This document shows, piece after piece, positions 39,933 to 48,683 of a stretch of 64,000 nt of DNA. Under the pieces are notes generated by a model. The model searched no databases. It was not told the DNA's origin and saw nothing but the letters and a program-made list of their open reading frames with translations. Position 1 is the first letter of the stretch. Every line of letters begins with the position of its first letter. Origin of the DNA: Candidatus Bathyarchaeia archaeon (lineage in GTDB: Bacteria > Patescibacteriota > Microgenomatia > PFEM01 > JAFGMK01); NCBI GenBank assembly GCA_035529595.1, contig DATKWK010000035.1, positions 49,067-113,066 on the forward strand, written 5' to 3'. Made by a program: the position numbers and the translations under genes.

Positions 39933-40154
39933 CAGGTAGCAATTTTTGTTTAGTTTAACCTGCCTTTCAGGAACCTGAGGAACTCATCTTCACTCTTAGT
40001 AAAAAAGTCAAAACAGCACCTTTGTAAAGAAAGAAAAAAATCCTTGCGTATGTGTATTTATTCATCTTCTTAAAGTAATTATCTGGTAGTAATAACCAGG
40101 CTGGCAATTTAGGTAAACATTTGATATAAAGAGTCTAACTTATTTGGGCGAAAT

Positions 40155-42896
40155 ATGATTAGTGATGATTTCCATACCTATTCAATTGGTAAACTCCTAA
40201 AAAGTTCCCAAAGCAGCAAAGCCGGACTGACCCAGACAGAAGCGGAGCAAAGACTGATAAATTATGGTCCCAATTCCTACGAAGAAGGAAAAAAGATTTC
40301 GGCTTGGCAAATCTTATTGGCTCAATTTAAAGACTTTCTTATTCTGATACTGATTGTAGCAACCGTCCTTTCTTTTTTTATCGGCGAGACACTTGATGCA
40401 ATCGTCATCTTGTCGATAGTTTTAGCCTGTACAATTCTCGGATTTATCCAAGAATATCAATCGGAGAAAAGCCTTGAGGCTCTAAAAAAATTAGCCACCC
40501 CACAGGCTAATGCTCTCCGTAATAAAGAAGAAGTAGAAATCAAGTCGGAAGATATCGTTCCCGGCGACATCCTTATTCTCAGAGCCGGTGATAAAATTGC
40601 TGCTGATGCGCGATTAATTGAAGAACTCAATCTCAAAGTCGACGAATCACTTTTAACCGGCGAATCGGTTCCGCTTGATAAGTCTTCAGGAATTATTTGT
40701 CGACCTGGAACGGCTTTGGCAGATAGAAAAAATATGATTTATGCCGGCACAGTTATTACCTATGGACACGGGAAAGCTCTTGTCGTGGCCACCGGTGGCA
40801 AAACGGAGTTTGGTAAAATTGCTTCAGGTTTGGCCGAAATCGTTCCCCCTAAAACGAATTTCGAAAATAAACTTGAAAAAATAGGTAAGACCTTAGGTAT
40901 CTCATCTCTAATCGTCTGTGCTGCTGCCGCCTTCCTGGGTTTCTTAAGAGGGTATCAACCCCTAGAGATGATTATTTGGGGCGTTAGTCTGGCTGTGGCG
41001 GCTGTACCGGAAGCTTTGCCGGCAGTAGTGACCAGTAGTTTGGCAATCGGTGTCAAAAGAATGGCAAAAAGAAATGTCATCATCCGAAAGCTTAAAGCGG
41101 TTGAAACTTTAGGATCGGTAACCACCATTTGTTGTGATAAAACAGGAACATTAACAAAAAATGAGATGACGACTAAAGAGATCTGGTGGCAAAATAAATT
41201 AATTTTTGTTAAAGGGGAAGGTTACTTGCCAAAAGGTGAATTTTATCTGAGAAAAAAACTACTCAAAATCAGCAGAGGCTTCCAATTTTTTCTGAAAATC
41301 GGTGCTCTATGCAACGATGCAATCTTGAAAGAAAAGAACGATGTCTGGCGTATAATAGGTGATCCAACTGAAGGCGCTCTGGTAGTAGCCGCAGAAAAAG
41401 CCGGGATTAAAGTTGAAGGTCTCAGAAAAAAATTTGCCAGAATCGGCGAAATTCAATTTGATGAACTACGAAAAAGAATGAGTACACTTCATTCTGGCAC
41501 AAAACAGGTCCTAATTTGCCTAAAGGGCGCACCGGAAAGCGTGATTGACTGCTGTAGTTATTACGAAACAGGCAAGGGCATCAAAAAAATCACCGCTTCG
41601 GTTAAACGGAGTATTGTCGCTAAAACGGCAGAAATGGGAAGAAGAGGACGCCGGGTTCTGGCTTATGCCCATCGGTATATTCCCTACTCAAGCTTTCTGG
41701 ATAAGAAGGAAGATCTTCAACCAGAACAAATAGAAACAAAGCTTATTTTTGCTGGCTTAGTTGGTTTAATTGATCCTCCGAGACCAGAAGTCGAATCGGC
41801 AGTTAGGCTCGCTAAAGCCGCCGGTGTCCGGACTGTAATTGTAACCGGTGATCACGCTTTGACAGCACTGGCGATTGCCCAAGAGATCGGCCTGGTCGGC
41901 CCGAATGAGAAAATCGAAGATGTCCTGCTTACTGGCCAGGAATTAGAGAAAATAAGCGACAAACGATTTGCACAGATTATTGATAAAATCAAGATATTTG
42001 CCCGTACTACCCCGCATCACAAATTAAAAATTATCGAAGCCTATAAAAAGAATGATGAAATTGTCGCCATGACCGGTGATGGTATCAATGACGCTCAAGC
42101 GGTAAAAAAAGCCGATATCGGACTTTCAATGGGAATAAGCGGCACTGACGTTACCCGGGAAGCTTCAGATGCTATTTTGACAGATGATAATTTTGCGACC
42201 ATCGTCGACGCAATCAAAGAAGGTCGCTTAATATTCGAAAATATCAGAAAATATTTATTTTGCCTTCTCAGCTGTAACTTAGCTGAGGTCATGATCCTTT
42301 TCTCCGGCTATCTGCTCGGCCTACCGACAATACTTGTTCCGGTCCAAATTCTGTGGGTCAATTTAATTACTGACGGTTTACCAGCCATCAGTTTAGGAGT
42401 AGATCCACCTGAAGGAGACTTAATGGCCAGAAAGCCGGAAGGAATAAACCGACAAATTTTTTCCAAGACTACTTTCCGTTTCTTAATTTTTCTCTCCGTT
42501 TTTACGACTCTTTCTCTACTCCTCATTTTTGTCCGGTTTTTATCTACCACAAACCTGGCTAAGGCACAAACGATGACTTTCGTTTCCATGATTATCGCTG
42601 AACTGATTATCGCTTATGTCAGCCGGTCTTCAAAAGAAAGTTTACTTAATAAAGAAGCCTTTAAGAATCGTTGGCTTAATCTTTCGGTCTTGGGATCAAT
42701 TCTAGCTACCTATTTAGTGATCCAAACGACTACCCTTCAGAATTTATTTCGGACAATCTCATTAACAGCAAGCGACTGGACATTAGCCCTTGGCATCGGC
42801 TTGGCAATCGCCTTAGTCGCTGAAATTTGGAAATATTTTATCCGCCATTCTCGGGATACCCGATCAATTCCCGGTAATACAACTCTTTCCTTATAG
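40155..42896 (+). CDS. Cation-transporting P-type ATPase (type IIA, Ca2+-like)
   Basis: TGES, VPEALP, DKTGT, KGAPE, GDGIND. Confidence 0.95.
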   Translation: MISDDFHTYSIGKLLKSSQSSKAGLTQTEAEQRLINYGPNSYEEGKKISAWQILLAQFKDFLILILIVATVLSFFIGETLDAIVILSIVLACTILGFIQEYQSEKSLEALKKLATPQANALRNKEEVEIKSEDIVPGDILILRAGDKIAADARLIEELNLKVDESLLTGESVPLDKSSGIICRPGTALADRKNMIYAGTVITYGHGKALVVATGGKTEFGKIASGLAEIVPPKTNFENKLEKIGKTLGISSLIVCAAAAFLGFLRGYQPLEMIIWGVSLAVAAVPEALPAVVTSSLAIGVKRMAKRNVIIRKLKAVETLGSVTTICCDKTGTLTKNEMTTKEIWWQNKLIFVKGEGYLPKGEFYLRKKLLKISRGFQFFLKIGALCNDAILKEKNDVWRIIGDPTEGALVVAAEKAGIKVEGLRKKFARIGEIQFDELRKRMSTLHSGTKQVLICLKGAPESVIDCCSYYETGKGIKKITASVKRSIVAKTAEMGRRGRRVLAYAHRYIPYSSFLDKKEDLQPEQIETKLIFAGLVGLIDPPRPEVESAVRLAKAAGVRTVIVTGDHALTALAIAQEIGLVGPNEKIEDVLLTGQELEKISDKRFAQIIDKIKIFARTTPHHKLKIIEAYKKNDEIVAMTGDGINDAQAVKKADIGLSMGISGTDVTREASDAILTDDNFATIVDAIKEGRLIFENIRKYLFCLLSCNLAEVMILFSGYLLGLPTILVPVQILWVNLITDGLPAISLGVDPPEGDLMARKPEGINRQIFSKTTFRFLIFLSVFTTLSLLLIFVRFLSTTNLAKAQTMTFVSMIIAELIIAYVSRSSKESLLNKEAFKNRWLNLSVLGSILATYLVIQTTTLQNLFRTISLTASDWTLALGIGLAIALVAEIWKYFIRHSRDTRSIPGNTTLSL

Positions 42897-42899
42897 TCT

Positions 42900-43928
42900 A
42901 TGCCCGAAAAACCCTATGAAAATCTCCATCATCATACAAATGTCTCTGACGGAGAGTTGTCTTATCTTGAGACATTAGTTTTTTGCCAAAAATACAATAT
43001 CAGCACGGTTGCTTTTACCGACCACGACAGCTTACCCTCTAAATATCAAGTCAATAAACTGCGAAAAGTTTACCCGGTAAAGACTGATTGGATTATAGGA
43101 ATCGAAATATCTTCCGGTCTCCCAGAAGAATTAGGCGGTTTACCATCAGCCAGTTTCCATATTGTAGGTTTATTTGTAAACCCATTTGATAAAAGACTGA
43201 CAAACTATTGCCAAAAAAAACAGGAAGCCCGACAAGAAAGAATGAAAAGAATGGTAAAAAACTTAAACCAACTTGGTTTCCGAATTACCGCGGACGATTG
43301 TCTTCGTGAATCACAAGGAGAGAGTATGGGTCGTACCCACATTGTGTCGGCTTTAAAAAAACGACCCGAATACGGAAAAATCATAGAAATTTTAAAGAAA
43401 AAGATGAAAGAAGACAGTCTCAGGAACAAAAAGATTAAGATTAAGTACCAAGAATTAATTGATAGGGGACCAGAGCAATATCCCTTCGCTCTATTTTTAA
43501 CCGATAATGCCTATTTACCGGGAATCTACGTTAACCATCTTTACAGCCTTCCCCTTAACATGACTGTTAGCCTTATTCGAGAAGCCGGAGGGATAGCAAT
43601 TCTTGCTCACTGGTCATTTATTAAAAAAAAGATAGACCTAATACTAGTAGAAAAATTACTGAGAGAAAAACGCCTTGACGGTCTGGAAATCGTTTATAGT
43701 CATTCTTCTACCGCAATTCGCAAAAAAATCTATCAAGATATAAAAGAACTTAAAAGAGTAGCCGAACTGAATAACTGCCTCCGAAGCGGAGGCATCGACT
43801 CTCATACAAAACAAAATATTCGCAGCTTTCTCCGGAACAAAAGACTGGCACCGCTAACCAGAGGACTTACTAGAGGAATAATAAGGCATGGTAAAATTGA
43901 TACCAGTTGGTCTTCTTTTCAAAATTGA
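42900..43928 (+). CDS. PHP domain protein (TrpH/YciV-like)
   Basis: LHHHTNVSDG, TDHD, GIEIS, LAH, GIDSH. Confidence 0.88.
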   Translation: MPEKPYENLHHHTNVSDGELSYLETLVFCQKYNISTVAFTDHDSLPSKYQVNKLRKVYPVKTDWIIGIEISSGLPEELGGLPSASFHIVGLFVNPFDKRLTNYCQKKQEARQERMKRMVKNLNQLGFRITADDCLRESQGESMGRTHIVSALKKRPEYGKIIEILKKKMKEDSLRNKKIKIKYQELIDRGPEQYPFALFLTDNAYLPGIYVNHLYSLPLNMTVSLIREAGGIAILAHWSFIKKKIDLILVEKLLREKRLDGLEIVYSHSSTAIRKKIYQDIKELKRVAELNNCLRSGGIDSHTKQNIRSFLRNKRLAPLTRGLTRGIIRHGKIDTSWSSFQN

Positions 43929-43945
43929 CCGGACCTGATAAATCT

Positions 43946-43974
43946 TTGCCAATTCTTAAGTATCTTGCTAAAAT
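43946..43974 (+). promoter_or_regulatory. Sigma70-type promoter of tRNA-Thr
   Basis: TTGCCA-N17-TAAAAT with extended TG. Confidence 0.55.
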
Positions 43975-44011
43975 ACAGACAATCTAATCCTTATAAAATC
44001 AATAACAAGTT

Positions 44012-44084
44012 GCTGACGTAGCTCAGTTGGTAGAGCAATCCTCTCGTAAGGGATAGGTCGTCGGTTCGAATCCGACCGTCAGCT
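44012..44084 (+). tRNA. tRNA-Thr (CGT)
   Basis: GCTGACG...ATCCT CTCGTAA GGGAT...GGTTCGAATCC...CGTCAGCT. Confidence 0.95.
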
Positions 44085-44091
44085 CTCATAT

Positions 44092-44814
44092 ATGGCGCCC
44101 TACCGACAAAAATCAAGATTAATTAGAAAGGAAAGACAAAAAAGTCTGCAACGAACCTATCTTTTTACTGTCTTAACACTTCTACTGGTAATTGCAATCT
44201 TATTTCTCGGCATTCCCCTTTTGATCAAGCTAGCCGCTTTCTTAGGAGAAATAAGAAGCTCTTCAATCGTTATTGAGAAAAATGACACTATTCCCCCACC
44301 GACACCGCAGACTTATGCTTTACCAAAAGCCGTTAAAGAGCCGGAGATTAAGCTGGAGGGCTCAAGCGAGTCGAATTCTAAGGTTTCCATTTATGTCAAC
44401 GGTCAATTAGTTAAGGAAGTGATAACGGATAAAGAAGGAGTTTTCACAGCCCAACTTCCACTTCCAAGCAAAAGAAATGAAATCATCTTGCAAGCAGAAG
44501 ACCAGGCGGGAAATAAGAGCCAAGAATCGGAAAGGAAAGTGGTTATTTATGATAATGAACCACCTTTGCTGGAAATCATTATGCCGGAAGGCACCGAAGT
44601 TACCTGGGACAAAAATCAAATAGAAATCGCAGGCAGAACCGAACCGGAAGCTTCTTTATATTTAAACGACCGCCTGGTCATTCTCAATCAGGACGGTAAT
44701 TTCAAGTATCTTTTGACTCTCGCTGAAGGAGAAAATTTAGTTAAAATCAGCGCTAAAGATGAGGCGGAAAACCTGACAGAAAAAGAGATAACTATTATCT
44801 ATACCCCCTTTTAA
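44092..44814 (+). CDS. Membrane-anchored protein with two Ig-like domains
   Basis: TM helix, DTIPP, A.D.AGN.S and G.TEP...G.F...L..GEN patterns. Confidence 0.8.
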   Translation: MAPYRQKSRLIRKERQKSLQRTYLFTVLTLLLVIAILFLGIPLLIKLAAFLGEIRSSSIVIEKNDTIPPPTPQTYALPKAVKEPEIKLEGSSESNSKVSIYVNGQLVKEVITDKEGVFTAQLPLPSKRNEIILQAEDQAGNKSQESERKVVIYDNEPPLLEIIMPEGTEVTWDKNQIEIAGRTEPEASLYLNDRLVILNQDGNFKYLLTLAEGENLVKISAKDEAENLTEKEITIIYTPF

Positions 44815-44821
44815 ACGACCT

Positions 44822-46054
44822 CTATTCAATTTCTAAAATTACGATCATCATCCAATACCAAGCCATAATCCAAGCATAAAAAAGGCTATTTAAAAAAAAG
44901 CTATGAACGCCCAAGGCAGCTAACGTCGCAAGAATAAATAAGCCAAATTGACCTGGCTTATTTTTTTCTTTCCTGCGGATTAAATTAAAAATCCCCAGCC
45001 ACAACCAAAGATAGGTAACCAAACCCGGCAGACCTGTAGTAGCCAGAACTAGCAACAGACTTGAATCGGAACCGGCACCGGCATGATTCTCTTGCCAATC
45101 GTGGCCCAAAAAACCATAGTCCCGCGCCGCATAACGATAAGCATTAAAGCCAACTCCCAGCAGAGGATGATCAAGAAAAATCTCAGTTGCCTGTTGCCAA
45201 TTTTTGATACGAGCTTCAATTGAAGCCCATCTTTCCAGCCGAACTCCCTCTCCTCCCGGCCTAGGCAAAATCACTATAGTCAGTAATAAAATAATAAAAG
45301 CCAGCCCAAAAAACCTAAATGATCTTTTTTTCCAAGCAATTATACCGGCAGCCACCAGATAAGCCAGATAACTGGTTCGGGAATACGTCAAAGCGAAAGA
45401 TAAATAAATAATGACTGCGGCAAATATCAAAATCTTCTTCTTATTTACGAAAGATGCTTGCGCAAAAAAACTTATTATCAAAATCAGTCCGAAAACCAAG
45501 ATTAAACCGGTAAATCCGGGATCCAAAAAGGTTGATACAACCCGATAATAATGAGGATCCCAATTGGCAGCTTCAAAAGTCCGTAAATCAGGCCACAGAA
45601 GATATTGAACCAAGCCAAAAAAAGCAACCGTAACGCTTAACACCATTAAATACAGTTTCAAACGATGGGTCAAAAAAGATTTCATCTTAACTTGATGATT
45701 TAAATCAAAGATACTTAAATAGAGGCCCGCGTATACTAGCCAGCGAATTAGATAAAGTGAAGAAACCAATGTTTCTTTGATGGATAGCCGTGAGATGTTT
45801 GCCAAAAGGGATAAAAATCCAACGGCAAAAAAGGCAAGAATTGGTCCAATTAAAGAAGAAAATCGAATTCTTATCTTCGCCGAAAGATGCCAAAGTAGCC
45901 AACTAACAAGCAATAGAATAAGAGACACGTCTGTCAGGTAAACTCTTACTTCTACAGGCAGCAAGGGAAGTCGAATTCTTGTCAATTGACCAAACGGAAA
46001 AGCTACCAAGAAAATATATAGAAAAAATTGACTAAGTTTTAAAAACAGATTCAT
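44822..46054 (-). CDS. O-antigen ligase family protein
   Basis: Multi-TM; LTYSR, R...W, HPLLGVGFN. Confidence 0.88.
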   Translation of the reverse strand: MNLFLKLSQFFLYIFLVAFPFGQLTRIRLPLLPVEVRVYLTDVSLILLLVSWLLWHLSAKIRIRFSSLIGPILAFFAVGFLSLLANISRLSIKETLVSSLYLIRWLVYAGLYLSIFDLNHQVKMKSFLTHRLKLYLMVLSVTVAFFGLVQYLLWPDLRTFEAANWDPHYYRVVSTFLDPGFTGLILVFGLILIISFFAQASFVNKKKILIFAAVIIYLSFALTYSRTSYLAYLVAAGIIAWKKRSFRFFGLAFIILLLTIVILPRPGGEGVRLERWASIEARIKNWQQATEIFLDHPLLGVGFNAYRYAARDYGFLGHDWQENHAGAGSDSSLLLVLATTGLPGLVTYLWLWLGIFNLIRRKEKNKPGQFGLFILATLAALGVHSFFLNSLFYAWIMAWYWMMIVILEIE

Positions 46055-46809
46055 CGCTGATATTCAAGCGGTCCCTTTTTCCAAAGTAAAAATAACTTGG
46101 CCCAAGATAAAAACGAGTGAAGGCTCATCATTAAAGCAACAATCAGGCCCGGCATTCTATCGAGAAAGCCGAACCGAATTAAATAATTGTATATGAACTT
46201 CCCCAAAGGATAACAAATTATTTTGAAAGTCCCGCTTTTTTTGCGCTCCTCAAACAAAGCCCAGGCATGAAGCGTACTGTAGAAATTAATGGCGTTTAGA
46301 AATTCGCTAATCGCCTGGTGAGGGTAATGGACCAGTGGAGCAGCTAGTTCGCCCACCTTTCCTTCTACTTGCCAGACTTCGTGGACTCTCCTTTCCCATT
46401 TACCCGATCCCCGGCGGGCGAGACGAAGCAGTTCTACGTTTGCTGTTTCTCCAAACTCCAGTTTTTTTCCAAAAAGAACATCCTGGCGTTTCAGATAATA
46501 GCCGATAAATTTGGGGTTCTTAATCACACTCTGAATCTCTTCTTTCAACTTAGGAGTAACCCTTTCATCGGCATCAATAAACAAAATCCAGTCTCCTTTG
46601 GCTTTATCGAGGGCAAAATTACGCTGAGCAGCAAAATCTTGATTAAGACCTCTTTGACTAACTTTTACTCCCATTTCTTGGGCAATTTGAATCGTTTTGT
46701 CCTGAGAATAATCGTCGACAACAATCACCTCATTACAAAAGACAAGGGTCTTTAAACACTCCCCGATATTTTTTTCTTCGTTTTTCGTCAGTACAATCCC
46801 AGTGAGCAT
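46051..46809 (-). CDS. Glycosyltransferase family 2 (WaaE/KdtX-like)
   Basis: TKNEE, VVDDYSQD, FAAQRN, IDADE. Confidence 0.9.
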   Translation of the reverse strand: MLTGIVLTKNEEKNIGECLKTLVFCNEVIVVDDYSQDKTIQIAQEMGVKVSQRGLNQDFAAQRNFALDKAKGDWILFIDADERVTPKLKEEIQSVIKNPKFIGYYLKRQDVLFGKKLEFGETANVELLRLARRGSGKWERRVHEVWQVEGKVGELAAPLVHYPHQAISEFLNAINFYSTLHAWALFEERKKSGTFKIICYPLGKFIYNYLIRFGFLDRMPGLIVALMMSLHSFLSWAKLFLLWKKGPLEYQR

Positions 46810-47582
46810 AGCAGTTTATTATAAGTTATCTTAAATAATAGAAATAATAAATATGAATACGCAAATATTCTATTTTTCCAAACAATATATTTATTGATAA
46901 ATCTTAAGTTCCCTTTTAAGAGATAATAAACGCTGTTCCATGGTTTATCCACTATGTATTTGAGTTTATGAAATATCACAACTCCTAATTCAATATCTAT
47001 CGTTAAGTTTGCTCTTCTTGCCCTGATACAAAAATCAACATCCTCCCAATATAAAAAGAACTTCTCGTCTAAAAAACCAATTTTAAAAAAAACTTTAGAT
47101 TTAATTTTCATACAACAACCAGATACATAATCAATTACTTGAGGCTTAAAAATTGAACGAAAACGTTTGTGTTTGGTCCTTCCCAAGATATAATTAACTC
47201 TTCCCCCTAAATCATAAACAGCTTTACCATTAAAAATATATTTTATTACCGGCGATACTATATCTGCTGGATTTTGTATTAATCTTTTAGAAAAACCTTC
47301 CTTAAAATTAGTATCTGGATTAAGAAGAATGATATTTTTGAAATGCAATCTTAAAGCTCGACGTATACCAATATTTGCTGCAACTGCAAAACCCTTATTA
47401 ACAGAATTTTTTAAAACTATAACAGAAGAACTAAATCTTTCTATAATTCTTTCTAACGATCCGTCTGTAGATGCATTATCGATTACAATTATTTTCACTT
47501 CCTCCTTAATTAGTAAACCTAAGCATGATAATATTTGATTCCCACAATTAAAATTTACCAAAATTATACAAGTATTTTTCAT
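46788..47582 (-). CDS. Glycosyltransferase family 2 (rhamnosyltransferase-like)
   Basis: IDNASTDG, LLNPD, SGCCM, FFLYWEDVD; ATG 47582 (track start 47600). Confidence 0.9.
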   Translation of the reverse strand: MKNTCIILVNFNCGNQILSCLGLLIKEEVKIIVIDNASTDGSLERIIERFSSSVIVLKNSVNKGFAVAANIGIRRALRLHFKNIILLNPDTNFKEGFSKRLIQNPADIVSPVIKYIFNGKAVYDLGGRVNYILGRTKHKRFRSIFKPQVIDYVSGCCMKIKSKVFFKIGFLDEKFFLYWEDVDFCIRARRANLTIDIELGVVIFHKLKYIVDKPWNSVYYLLKGNLRFINKYIVWKNRIFAYSYLLFLLFKITYNKLLCSLGLY

Positions 47583-48568
47583 TTGACCAAACCAAAGCAT
47601 CGTATTTTTTTATATACCATATGCTGATTAAAACTATCTATACTCGTTTTTCTTTGTCCAAGAATAGTTATTCGTTTTGCAATAATCTTCTTAGCATTTT
47701 TCAACAACCAAATATCCGCCATAAAAGCTTCTTTCCAAAATCCTCTCATACTCATATAAAGTAATGTATTCAAATGAACCATCGGAATTGTGATGAATCT
47801 CCAACGTTTTAATAATAAACCAATAGGAAAATTTTTAATTATACTAAATGTCATATTTCTAAACTGTAAGTATTCTACTGATCTGCTAATCCTTTTTGAG
47901 GTTGCTTTATTATGATGAAATACTATGGCTTTAGGTTCGAACCAGAACTCACATCCAATTAATTGAGCCCGTAGGCACCAATCAACGTCTTCCCCATATG
48001 CAAAAAAATCTTCATCAAACAATCCTATTTTCTTAAAACAGTTAGCTTTATAAATGCTAGCACATGCCGTAATCAAGAATACTTTTTCTCGAATATTCCA
48101 TTTAGAAGTATCATCCCCATTTCCTCTATGAAAAGCTTGGCCTACACTATTTATAACATCCCCTGCTGAATCTATTATATTAGGATTATTATAATTTAAT
48201 ATTTTCGCCGCTACTGCACATATTTTGTTACTCCTCCGAATCGATTCAACTAATGTCTGTATAAAATTCTTTTCTACTACCGTATCATTATTTAGAAGAA
48301 TTATGTATTTAGATCGAGACACAGATATTCCCTGATTTACAGCCTTGGCAAATCCTAGATTATTACGATTAACAATAGTTCTGACAGTTGGATAACGAGA
48401 ATTAATTAAACGAAGTGATCCATCGATCGAGCCATTATCAACTACTATGATGTTAAAATCTTGAAACCATTGATCCATTAAGGATTTTAGACAATTATCT
48501 AATAACTGTTCTCCGTTCCAATTAGGAATTATTACAGTAACTAATTTTGTTTTCGCTTTATTAATCAT
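47579..48568 (-). CDS. Glycosyltransferase family 2
   Basis: IPNWNG, VDNGSIDG, LLNND, FFAYGEDVD. Confidence 0.9.
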   Translation of the reverse strand: MINKAKTKLVTVIIPNWNGEQLLDNCLKSLMDQWFQDFNIIVVDNGSIDGSLRLINSRYPTVRTIVNRNNLGFAKAVNQGISVSRSKYIILLNNDTVVEKNFIQTLVESIRRSNKICAVAAKILNYNNPNIIDSAGDVINSVGQAFHRGNGDDTSKWNIREKVFLITACASIYKANCFKKIGLFDEDFFAYGEDVDWCLRAQLIGCEFWFEPKAIVFHHNKATSKRISRSVEYLQFRNMTFSIIKNFPIGLLLKRWRFITIPMVHLNTLLYMSMRGFWKEAFMADIWLLKNAKKIIAKRITILGQRKTSIDSFNQHMVYKKIRCFGLVK

Positions 48569-48683
48569 AAAGAAATCGCCTTCTACAGATAATGGTTTCC
48601 TTGAGTAATATTATCATTAGATTATTAAACTAAAGATGATCATGTTGACAAAATTATAAAATTTTTGTTCAATAAAAGGTATA

